A stretch of DNA of 64,000 bases, taken from NCBI GenBank assembly GCA_021613535.1, contig CP075493.1:1178001-1242000 (forward strand), given 5' to 3'. Under the pieces are notes generated by a model that had not been told where the DNA came from, searched no databases, and worked only from the letters and a program-made list of their open reading frames with translations. This DNA comes from Adineta vaga (taxonomy: Eukaryota; Animalia; Rotifera). Numbering within the stretch: position 1 is the stretch's first letter; every line of letters begins with the position of its first letter. Shown here piece by piece: positions 24,243 through 36,617 of this stretch. The translations under genes were made by a program, and so were the position numbers.

Positions 24243-26259
24243 TTAATTAACTTTTTCTAAATGTTCTAAATCATCTGCTTGAATATGTGAAAATAATTCG
24301 TGTCGTAGTTGTGTACTTGAAACACCATTTGTATAAGGTAAAAATTTGACTGGCATTAATTCTTCGACAACATGTCGTGATGGAAAATCTGACATATCAT
24401 CACCACGAACATAAAGTGCTGTTTCATTTTCACGTAAATGAACAATGCATGTAACAAATGATGATGGATCTGTTCCAGCAACACAATAGACTTGATCAGC
24501 ATGACGTTTAACATTAATCATTCGTGTTTCTGTACCATCTACAGGCACACGTGATTTTAATTTATGAATACTACGACTATCGTGTACACCGACAATAACT
24601 TCTCGACCAAATTGTCGCATACGTTGAAGTAGAAGACGATGACCTTCATGGAATAAATCAAAACAACCAATGGTATAAACTTTATCAGCACGACCGTCAA
24701 TCCATATGGCTGGCAATGATGTACTACGTTGAAGAATACGTGGTGGTTCGTCAGGTTCATGGCCAATTGATGATATTGTACTACTACGTTCTTCTTTATC
24801 TTCTCGATTCTCATTAGAATGATCAGGAAATGGACTTAAAAAACCTTTGACGTTAGTTGGTGATATTCGACCAGTAGGAATATTTGTATAACTACCCGCT
24901 GGAGATAAAGATGGACTTGGAGGTGGATTATTTAAATGACTTCGTTTTTCATTCTAAAAAAATGTTGTATTACAGAATATGTTAATTTCTAATACTGATA
25001 AGGAAACATACTTCTCGTGTTATTGAATCAACTGTCATTGCTCGACTACGTGATTGAGCATTATCAAAATTATATGCATTAAGAACTCCAATTGTTTTTT
25101 GTATTGGTGACGATGGTGGAAGAGTATCTGGTGTTACTTTAATTGTAACCTTTTTTTTTCTATCTTTCTTTTCTCTTGCTTCTAATTTTTTCGCTAATGA
25201 TGCATAAGCTAAACGAATTGTTAATGCAAAACAAATGATTCCAGCTATTCCAGCTAAAAACGAAGAAAAGAAAAACGAACATCCGAATAAAACTACAGAT
25301 TAAGTTCGTTGACTTACACCAATGAGAAAATGGCTTTAAATGGCCTGTTGATAAACATAAAAATGCCAAACCTGTTGATTCAAGTTTTTCTTTTAATTTT
25401 CCTTCCATAGCTGCTGCTGTTGAACCTTGAGTAGAGATTCTAAATCATATAGATAATGGATTGAAATTATTTCTGTGATTGTTTAGTAAATCTTACTGAT
25501 TTTTCTTCAGTGACGCATAGAAATAATCTTGAACTCGAACAACACCAATTGCTGTTTCTAATGCAATGATTGTATAACACAGAAGAATAAAGCAGATAGA
25601 AAGCGATAATGATGTTTCTTCAAAATACGTTTCTTGTAAAATAGTCCAAAGACAGAAAATATTAACAATTTTATCACAAAATGCATCCATAAAACCACCT
25701 AACAATGGATCATCAATATTATCACCATAGATACGTTTTTGTACTTTAGCAACAATACCATCAACATGATCAAGAAAATCATGAAACAAAACGAGGATAC
25801 ATGCGCACACAGGATAATTATATCTAGAGAGACAATTCGTTAGATCGCTCAGTTCTTTCAATATACATACTTTAAACACCAAGCAATAGGAATTATAAGA
25901 AGTGTTCGAGAATAAGTAACAATATTTGCATTGAATACTGTTATAGTTTTGTCAGCAATTTGAATAAAACGTGGAATACGAGCCATATATGGTGAAAGAT
26001 GTATTTGAAGTGGAGTATACATATATAAATCATACCATTGCACCTATATTCTCAAACAAACAAACAATACATTCTTTTATAGTTGATCTTCGTTATTTTT
26101 ACCATACGAAACATAACAGATTCAATACCATGGCTGACTATTGTCAATAGACTAAGAAGAAATTGAGCTACAATTAATAGCCATTTGAAGTCTAATAAAA
26201 GTCAAATTAAAAAGATAACGTAGATTATAACATTCCATACTAGATTGAAGTTTATTCAT
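24243..26259 (-). CDS. Bifunctional CDP-alcohol phosphatidyltransferase (PgsA-like) / HxGH cytidylyltransferase (TagD-like) fusion, 560 aa
   Basis: Seven phase-compatible exons: 26259-26241, 26191-26103, 26043-25871, 25823-25497, 25439-25318, 25253-25012, 24953-24243 (1683 nt). ANIVTYSR, DFLDHVDGIVAK..LGGFMDAFCDK and AAAMEGKLKE mark the CDP-AP domain. VYTIGCFDLFHEGH, VIVGVHD, RGDD and YTNGVSSTQLR mark the cytidylyltransferase domain. Confidence 0.9.
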
Positions 26260-28210
26260 GAGTACAGATATTTAATTTTAAACTGAAAACAAGAATAGGT
26301 CAGAGGACTGCTTATATACACTGTTAGAATTTATTTGCATTCACTCGAAAGACTCAAAATATAGATAAAAAAAAGTAGAAACACGGACAATCTATGCTGT
26401 AATGACGATAAACTAACCTATTTGAAAACAAAGAAATAGAACATTTTTTTTGTAGTCATTTTCAAACATAACATAAATAGAAAGATTTTAGATTATGAAA
26501 ACTATATAAAATATTCTGGTCTTACACGCTAGATATTTTTACTTACTCGATTTAATTTCCATATTATTAGTTAATAGTTGCTGAGTTCTGTAGTTTATAT
26601 TAAAAATGAAATCTAATTTTGCTCGTAAACGGTTTCAACTTGATCTAATAAATAGATATGAGAAAGTACCATCTGTTATATTTTTTGAAATTTTATTAAA
26701 AACCTTGGAAAGAAAGGCCCAAGGAAGATTATTAATGCAACGACAACATATAACAAGATAACAAGCAAGCACAGACAATAATAGCAGTATACAGAATTGA
26801 TTTTTAACTAGACAATTTTTAAAGTTTTTTATGCAAGTTATTGTGAGAATATAATAACAATGACTAGATAAATAGACAGATGTTTTGAGGTGAATCATTT
26901 ACATAGTGTTATTGGTTGTTATTGAATATATTAAAGCTAATTGAAAAAACAAAATAAATAATACACTTATCATAATTCGTCATAGGTTATCTAATTTTGA
27001 TACCCTGTTTAACAATAGTGACTAATATTAATTATAAATGTAAATCAATAAACTGTAATTTTTATGACATCTGACTATATACGATTTTGCAAGACGTCTT
27101 ACATGGACACCTACTCCGTATTTTATAAAATTACATTATGCAATACAATCATCTTAATCGAACTCCACGTCTGTTAAAGAAAAGTTATTTGTGAACTTTC
27201 ACAAAATTTGATTTTCTACATGAAGCTTGGTTCAAATCGTAAAATTAAGATTGTTATTACCAGTATGATTATAGAAAACTCGACAAAGGAAGAAAAAATC
27301 TTGTTCAATCATAAAACAAGCACATCAATCCGTATTATTACGGACCAGGAGGTACGCATTAAACCATACTCAACCGTAAAAATAGATCGATCATAGATAA
27401 AAAATTGATTTCTTTCTACTTTAGAAAAAAATGCAATAAGATCATTGTATGCTTCTTTTTGGACCTTTTTGTGGGCATGAGCCCTGTGTTGAAAAATATT
27501 GCTCTAGTATCGATTAGAAATCATCCTATTTTGTCAAAAGCAAGAATTAAAGTTCCAGAAATATTATCAGTAAACGAAAACAACTGTAATTAGTGGATTT
27601 TGCAGAAGGTTTCACGCTCTCATCAGTGAACAACATCTCATGTGGCAAATCTTACTTTGCGATCTATTACGTGAACATTTACGGCTTTCCTTTGTTCGTT
27701 AAATCAAACATTGAACTAAATCTATTTTTGTTATAATGTGTGTATTTATGTTTTTCTTCGGATTTTTCTTGAAAACTTAGAAACCAGATATATTTAACTT
27801 TAGATAGAAGATAAAGACCTTAACTTTTTGCTGTAAAATATCTGAAAATCAATAACATTTGATAAGTTTCTTCTAATTAAAGTATTCTAAATTCGTTGGA
27901 GAATATATATTGACAAAGTATGAACAGAATCGTCTTAGAACGATCCGTAGCAAAAATTGTTCATTTTCAATTTCTTTTTCTTTGTTTGTGTTTGACTGAT
28001 CATTATCAGCTAAGTTAACTTAGCTATTTATATTATAAAAAGAATAGAAATAACAAGCAAGAAAAAAAAGAGATTGTCAGATATTTTAGCACAGTAGATT
28101 GAATTCAAGACAAGGAAAAGCGATTCGATTATGCTTTTCTTCCAAATGTATAATAAGAAATGAAGTGCGTTAAATATATATGTATATAAGTATATCACAC
28201 AAGATTAACA

Positions 28211-31200
28211 TTATGAAGATTTGGAAGACGTGGTATTAAGAATACGTTGTTCTGGTAAAATTCGTTCAAAGAATGGATGTTCAAGAGTTTCAGCTAATGT
28301 TATTCGCCGTTTTGGATCATATTCAAGCATTTTTTCTATTAATTCAAACAATTGTTGATGATCTGGTTCATCAGTCGTCATGTAACGCTAAAAGAATTTC
28401 ATCTTACTATTTTACACAAGAAAAACATGATGAAAATAAACATACTCTTAATTGTTTACAATTATCACGTACATAACGACCAGCTGAACTTCGTTCATCC
28501 CAGTCTAATCGACCGTGATAAAAATATTTTGTTTTTCTTAACGAAATTCATAGAAAAACATCTATTATTTGAAATATTCTTAGAAAATCTTCTTCACTTA
28601 CTTTGATTGCTTTGCCATTCGATAAGGAATAGGACCAAGTATTCTTTCCATCATAGCTAAATGTTCTTTATTGTCATGAGTCTAATTAAAAGAAAGATAA
28701 TGAAACGGAGATTGAAAATTCCAAACTATTTCAAATTGATCGTATAATTATTCATTATGTATTATATAGATCTTCTCACTTTTAAAATGACTTTCAGTCG
28801 AGCAAATATCTCTCGCATACTGTTTTTTATGTTTAAACATACTTGAAATAATGTAAAACCAAGATAAAGTTCAAAAAGAATACATCCAATACTCCAAACA
28901 TCACACGGTTGTGACCATCCTAATTCTAAAATGACTTCCGGCGCTCGATAATGTCGTGTAGACACAATACTTGAATGATGTTCCCAGTCGAATGTTGCTG
29001 AACCAAAATCAATAACTTTAATATCTGTTCGACGTACAACACGTTCATCTCTTCGCTAAATACGAAAACAATACACAAACAAATATTTCTCTTTTATTCA
29101 ATGATCATTTCTTCATACTTTTCGATGATTAAAAATAATGTTATAATCTGAATTGATAAAGAGAATATTTTCTGGCTAGAAATAGAAAAGAGAAATTTAT
29201 TTGAGAATAAATGAAAAAATTCGAATTTACTTTTAAATCGGTATGTGTCAATGCAATATCATGAAGAACTAAAACAAATTAGATAATGATAGAAGTACAA
29301 CTACATTTCAATGGATTACATTTAACAGAAAGACACAATTGATAGGAAATATGTCGAACTTGATCAATTGGATATGGAATATAATTATTATCTTTTAAGA
29401 AATCAAATACACTTAAACCTAACATATCAAAGGCAATACACATATGACCATGATAATCAAATGAATCAAGTAATGTAACACATAAACTGAAAAACAAATA
29501 TAAACATTAAGAAGTGATTCAATCGAAATTTCTTCGAAGTATCTTGTTTACTTGATTCCGTCAGGATCTTTTTCTTTGATTGTTTTAAGTACATTGATTT
29601 CTAACCGGGCCGCTTCACGATATTTATCAACATTCTTTATAATTTTTAATGCTATATGTTTACTTATATCACTAGGAAATGAAAAGAGACGATATTGAAA
29701 ATAAATTTAATTAGATAGAGAAAAAATGATTTGTCTTACCCGCGAAGATCACGAACTTCGACTACTTTACCAAAGGTACCTTCGCCTAATGTTCGACGAA
29801 TTTCATCTAAATATCATTGAAAAATCTATTAAATCAGTTGAAATCATGGGCAACACTTCTTCTGATTATGAATCGCTTTTAAATAGTAGATGATTTCATG
29901 ACAGATATATCTTCTAATCATCTTGAATTGGTTGACTTTTTTTCTCGAGAGCAATATGAAAAAAATCCCATTGAGTTTATCAGTAATCCTTATCAACCAA
30001 AAAAACGCGATGTTTCTATTTGAAATACTTACATTGATGATGTAAGATATCACCTAGAACAAAACAATGAAAAAGTGATAATGCATTTGATATGAATTCA
30101 AAGATTCTATCTTTACCTGGTACATAGATCAAATGACCTTCATCATCATCACGAATATTCACACGTCCAGAACCACTTTTGTCTCGTCGATGCTAAAAAG
30201 ACAAGAGATAAAAGTTTAGTTTTATATTCAATCTTCAACAGTTTTAATAGGATAAGAATAAACTAATTGAAATCTTATTGATTATACTTATTCTTTATTA
30301 ATCGACAGATCGAACGGAATTGTCTCCTACCTCGACGATGATCGTCGATGGAACTTTTCGACGTGTATATTGTTGACGCAATGCTGGATATGGTAATGAA
30401 TATTCATTGGAACTATTGGATGAACTTTCCTTATATTTAGATGATTTATGTTGAACATCTTTTAATAAAATACAAAGACCACTGTTGAATTGTATAAGTC
30501 GCATTAGATAAATATCTCTTGTCGAATATTATATCATTATTATGAAGAGATTTGTATAACCTTCATCAAATTCAGCCGAAAGTATTAAATATTCATGTTT
30601 CTTCTTCTTGAAAAAGAATCAATCAATAACAACAATTTGCTTCCGTCGAGATATATTTTCAGATGAAGGTCGTCGTCTTTTAGTTTATTTACGCGAAAAT
30701 TATTAATCAAATCAAGCAAGTGATCACTTTTTCTACCAATACGTAATGCATATATATATATATATATATATACATAAATGCTCATAAAGTGTTCGTCGTT
30801 TCTTTTTTTTCTCTCTTTTCTCGTTCTTCTTTATCTTAATCTACAGAATATAGTTCAATGCGTTCATATAACCGATGTTCATTCGATCCTTCTCTCTCTT
30901 TTTTTTCTCCTCGCTTACGAACTGATCTTTTGAATCATTTGACTTACAGAACTATTACAACGACGTCGTCAGTCTTCCTATAATTATTCTTTTGAACAAT
31001 TTAAATACAAGAATAGATCAAAATGACTATAGACTATTACATATCAATTGTTCATGTATATTCAAATGTGTGTCATTCTTTAGGTGTCAACATGATTTTA
31101 TTGCATAAAAATGAATAGGAGAGTCAGAGAATACACGACGTTATGAGAGGAAAAAAAAGGACGATTATTCGGTCAATTCTTTACTTTTCTATTTCTATGT

Positions 31201-33402
31201 ATATTTATATCTATGAACATTTGACACAAGTCATCAACATGCCATTAACCCCTCTGTACGTGTTTAGTATATATATATATTGAATAGTAAATCAATACGA
31301 CGCCCATCTCCATTCAAATAGATTTTGTAAGAAATCTTAATGAAGATAAAAAGAAAAACTTACTTTACGATTTTGTGGTGATGTCGAAGTTTTTTGTTGG
31401 TATTGAGTATTATTGTTATAATTTGTTTTCTTTTGTCGTTTGGATGTTGATGTTGTACTTGTTATACTTTCTGCTCGTTCAATGCCAGTTCCATTAACGA
31501 TTTGTCGAGTTTCAGATGAATCTTTTTGATTGTACCGTTTCCTATGATGATGTTTAATAGTTAATTGAATTCGTGCAAGGTAATATTGAAGAATTGAAAA
31601 TGCATGCAAAAAGGAAAATAAAGAAAATATGCCCACCCTTCTTCTCCTATTGATGCAACATACGATCGTGATGGTGATTGTTCTTTTCCACTATGTGAAA
31701 GAAGTTCTGAAGCTGAATTTAATTGTTGTTGTTTATTAAGAGTCGCTAATGAAGCAGTCAACGGTAACATCAGAGAAGAAGGATTTTTTTGATTATTCAT
31801 ATTATTTGTATTCGGTGGACTTGGTGATAATTGAGCATTAGGTGTGGAAAAAACGACTGAATCAATATTTGTATTACTTGTTGAAACATGTGGTGGAGAT
31901 GGTGGTGGACTTAATGTTGGAATTGGTGGTGTTGGATGAAGTGATGGAACAATCGTTTTCGATGTTGTTGTTGGTGGTGGTGGGGATGATGGTGTTAATG
32001 CATGTGTATTTGCAATAATAATACTTGAATTTTCTCCATCGGCTAATGAAATATTTTCAAAGTTTGTAACAATCGGTTCAGTTTGATGTGAAAGACCAGC
32101 ATTCGTTGTACCTTTTGCAAGTAAATATTTTTTGATACGTCGTTTGGATGAGGATGGAGTTTGATATGTTGGATATGAAGTAACGGCTGAATAGGATGAA
32201 TTTTTATCAAGAATTGTTGATGATGGTTTACTTATATAACTATGATCATCATATAATCGAGTTGCTGCTGTTGCTGCTGTTGTTGTCGTTCCACTATCAG
32301 TTGGATAACTTAGGTCATTGTATGTTGGTCGAACATGTTCTTTCGATTTTGCACGTAAATAATCATAATTATATGTTGGTGGCGGTGATAGAGGTGATTG
32401 AGGTAGAATAGGTCGATTGATATTATCATTTATTGTTGATGTGATTGGATTTGTTGGTAAATGATAACTAAAATAATGTGAATCTTTTCTTGTTGGTGTT
32501 GTTGGAGGAATATTTGATGAGTGTTGATGATGATCATCATCATCTTTATAATTTGTTATTTGATCAAGACGTTTAAATGAATTCGCTTTCAATAAATTTG
32601 TCATCGAACGATTTTTTGAATCTGTACGTCCAATCATTGTATCTTTCACACGAGTATTAAAAACTAAATCTTTCAATTGATCAATACGAGCTTTACGTTC
32701 AGTTGGAGTCGAAAATTTTTCTTCATTTGGTGTCGGAGGTGGTGATTGATAACGTGATGGAATATGTACTGTTAATGCACTACCTGTATATTTTTTTTTT
32801 ATTTTTGAATTTGTTGCTGCTGCTGCTGCTGCTCCTGCACTTGTTGTTGATGAAGATTCAATATTAGACTCATGTGGAGTATAATGTGATGAATATGTTG
32901 GACGATAATTACTTGATGAATCATAATGATGTGGATTATGAATAGTTAATTGTGGCTGTTGACTAGAATGATTTGTTTTCGAACTTTGTTGTTGGATTTG
33001 TGATGAAGATGAGGATGAAGATGGTTGAGATTGATTGATTGAACCTCGTCGTTCACTCGGTGCGCGATCTTCATTATAAAAACCAACTAATGATTGAGCT
33101 TGATGAAAAGTTGATGCAAATTTCTTTTTCAATTGGCGTGGTTTTGTAATATGGCACCATATTGGTGCAATATTTGCATATTTTCGTGCCAATTGACTTG
33201 GTGATGAATAACTCCATGTAGGAGAAGCAACAACAGGCGTTGTAGATGTTGACGTACCATAATATGATGAATTCGAATTATTATTTGATCCTGCATTTGT
33301 TAAAGATCCACTTAGATTTGAACTATTCGTTGAAGAACTTGTATTTAATGGTCGTAGTCGATATGCATGGCCAGTCGTAATTGAACTACTGTTAGTTGTC
33401 AT
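28211..33402 (-). CDS. CLK: CDC-like (LAMMER) dual-specificity kinase, CLK/Doa, long-N-terminus isoform
   Basis: [97 protein letters not shown]. Large Ser/Pro/Thr-rich exon 33402-~31637; start codon uncertain. Confidence 0.93.
30749..30772. repeat. (TA)n microsatellite
   Basis: Pure TA run of about 11 units in a CLK intron. Confidence 0.85.
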
Positions 33403-35053
33403 CTGGATTTGTTTTACATGAGGATAACTACTGTATATATTCTGATGAAACAAGGGAGAAATGTCGATGCTGTTCTGTACTCGTTTTTCCTGATGATTAA
33501 ATAAGAATGAATAATGGACCAGAAGGAAAAAATACGCAAGAGATATGTATAGATGAAAAAGAAACACCACTAGTTCTCTCGCTTTCTCTTCTTCTTCCTC
33601 TTCTCCTCCTCGCCTTCTTCTTCTTCTTCTTTCTTTTCTCTCCAAGTAAAAGAACAAGAAGTGTTGATATTGAGAAAACTTGCTTTACTGTTGTTATTGT
33701 TGTTGTTATTTTTCGTCAATCTGTTCTTTTCCTTTTCTCTTCCTATGTATTATCCTTAAACACATTGATATGATAGTGATGAGAGATTTTCTTTTCTATT
33801 CCTTCTTTCCTTCAGTATAGAATATCGACACAGACAGACAGACTGAAAGAAAGAAAGAAAGAAACACTGTTTTCAAAGTAATTATGTCTGTACAAAGGAG
33901 AAGAAGAAGAAGAAGAATATCGGAAACGCACGTCCAGTAGGATAAAGATAGAAAGAAGTGCTATCCTTTTATGTTCTTTTCCCTTCCAACGCGAGATATA
34001 CTCGAGTAATATGAAGAAAAGAAAAACAGAATATTTTACAGTTTATAATCAAAGAAACTCGATGCTACTGTTGTTGTTGTTGTTTTTGTTGTTATTATCT
34101 CTAATCTGGACAGTGTAGGAGAAAAGAATTAACGTCTTTTCAATTATATACCAAGAGAATAAATCTTTGTTCTCGACAAAGTTTAACAAATACGATAGAC
34201 AGAAATAGACAAGAAATGACACAGAAATAGATGGATGTATTTGTATTTTCCTGCTGTGTATTTGAAGGAAAAGTAAAGTGTTTCCACATGCCTATAACGA
34301 TAATTTATTAAAAACATACGTTTGAAAATAAATCAATTGTTTTCTTGTTAACTTATCAAATGAATTTAATTTTCTTTGAAAATAAATAATTAATGAAAAT
34401 ATATTTAACATCTGTTCTTTGTCGTTTTGTTTTTCATTGAATCTTTAATTATACTACATATAAACAGACGCAATAATATTAGCAAAATGTCAAGGTATTT
34501 TATTAGATCATATTTAGAATCGATCAAATCATTTCTATTAATTTCGATTCGATAGCAAACAACAACGACATAGTGACATTTTGACTGACGATTAACAAAA
34601 TCTTCATCGATCAAACGAGACTTTTTGTTTATGAGAAATATCAATATCAAGTCAATAAAAATAAGATATGTACTAAACAAAGATTAATATCAAATGAAAA
34701 ACAAGAGAAACAAACTTCTAGATCTTAATTATCTATAAGATAGATTTTCATTGATAATATCATCTTTAACTCTATCAATAGTGTCAAATTTAAGGAATTG
34801 ACTACAATTGATTAGTCTAGTAGTTTGTCTTTCAGGATCGATTCATTAAACAAATGAACCTTGAACTTCAAATATCATCTGTAGAAGATTTTTATGCATG
34901 AGGAGTTTGATTCATTATGCTTTGATATCAAGGATTAAGATATATCAATTATTTGTCATGTATTATTCTTTGCCCTAAAAAAAAGGAATGTATTTCATCT
35001 TGTTTTATACAAAGTTTTATCTTTTATCATTGGAAAAACAAAAGTAACATTGT

Positions 35054-36105
35054 TTATTGGTCACCAAGTACATGACCTTGACCACCAAATATCCGACGAC
35101 CACGATTGTCATTCTCATCAGCTGTACCTGGTTGACGACGTGGAATTGGTGCTGTACCAAATCCACTTATACCAGTTTGTTCATTTGGAAAAAAACGATA
35201 TCTATACAAAACAATCATCATTAGAAATAAAAATCGAGTAGAAAAAGCAACGAATACATACAAGAAACTTGGCGTTTGAAGTAATCGTGCTCCACCGAAA
35301 TCTTGTGGATATTTAAATACAAGAAAAAAGTAAAGATGACCAATCACAATTCCACATAGTTGTGTCAAAAATCTAGAATAAAAAAAAGCACAAGAAGAAT
35401 TATTAACAAAACAAACTAAAGATTTCTCTACATACGATCCTGTCATAATCCAATTAAATAACATAATTACCCATGGCATATACATTGCTTTAAATTGCAT
35501 ACCAAACCAAAATGACATCATTACTTCCTTATTCAATTGACACCAGATATACATAACACTCAATATCATTGCATCCATCAATACCTTTTTGAAAAATAAT
35601 AATAGAAATTTAAAATTTAAAAATGAAAAATCTATTGAAATTTACAGGCATAGTAAGAATTGTACCAACGACAATATTACATAACCAAAGAAATGATAAA
35701 CAAAAGACATAATCAGCTGGTTTGCCGTTAAATGTACCTGAATAAATACAAACGTAAACAAAAAGAAATCATTTGAATTAATTTATACTTGTCTCAAGAC
35801 GTGTACTATATTGATAGATAAAATATAGATTTATCAGAAGATTAAAACCCACTGGATAAAAAAGAACCGCAGTAAATAATCGCCAAATCTAATTGAAAAT
35901 TGAAAATACAGAAACGCAAAACAAAAGTAAATGATGAACCTACTTGGAAATGTTTAATTATTGGAGTTAATAATAGAATCAAATGATGTGGTTTAACTAA
36001 ACCTAATCGAGGTGCAAATGATACAACAATTGAAGCTGTAAACCAAGCACGTGTAATCTTTGGTATACTTTTATACCATTGACCAAGATCATTTGTAGCA
36101 GACAT
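35054..36105 (-). CDS. DERL1: Derlin-1 (ERAD rhomboid pseudoprotease)
   Basis: MSATNDLGQWYKSIPKITRAWF, FQIWRLFTA, YSTRLE, GKPADYVF, MSFWFGMQFKAMYMPWV, GIVIGHLYFFL, C-terminal SHP box FGGQGHVLG. Confidence 0.93.
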
Positions 36106-36617
36106 GAGTTTTTTTTTGCAATAGAAATGTCTAAAAAAATCTTCAATTTTCAAATGCAATGCAATGCAACAGATGAGATGTGAATGTGAACCGATGCAAT
36201 GGTTAGTCATTCAAAAATCGGCCATTCAGAAATAAACATGTCAATTATTATCATATTTTAATTTTTGTAGAAACATTTGAAAAAGATTTCGATTGTTCTT
36301 TCAATCAATGAGATTAAATAAAGTTTTCAATTTTGATTTTTTTACAGAATTCATTCCAAACAGCGCCATCTATCATGTCAATCTTACGATATATAACATT
36401 TGTATTTGTATATCGTGAAATGAAATGAATGAATATAATGACATTTATTGATTAATAGTGATTAAAAAGAAAATATCAAGAATATGAACTAATATTTGCT
36501 GTCAAAATACAACAGGAATTGATCGGTTGGGTTTTAAATTAAAACACTTCTGTTGTTTCTCAATTTGAGTAATCACACATGTTGATTTTTTCTATTTAGA
36601 CTTTCTAATTGACTAGA

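Noticed and set aside
26600-27700. Possible retroelement/transposase debris (e.g. DQEVRIKPYS)
   Set aside because: No diagnostic catalytic motif, LTR or TIR could be identified.
33403-33657. N-terminal extension of the 698-aa ORF (poly-Arg/poly-Glu)
   Set aside because: Derives from GAA/GGA microsatellite sequence and lacks an ATG; more likely 5' UTR or promoter.
36361-36372. CTCF-like motif cagcgccatcta upstream of Derlin
   Set aside because: Single short match; cannot be supported without binding or conservation data.
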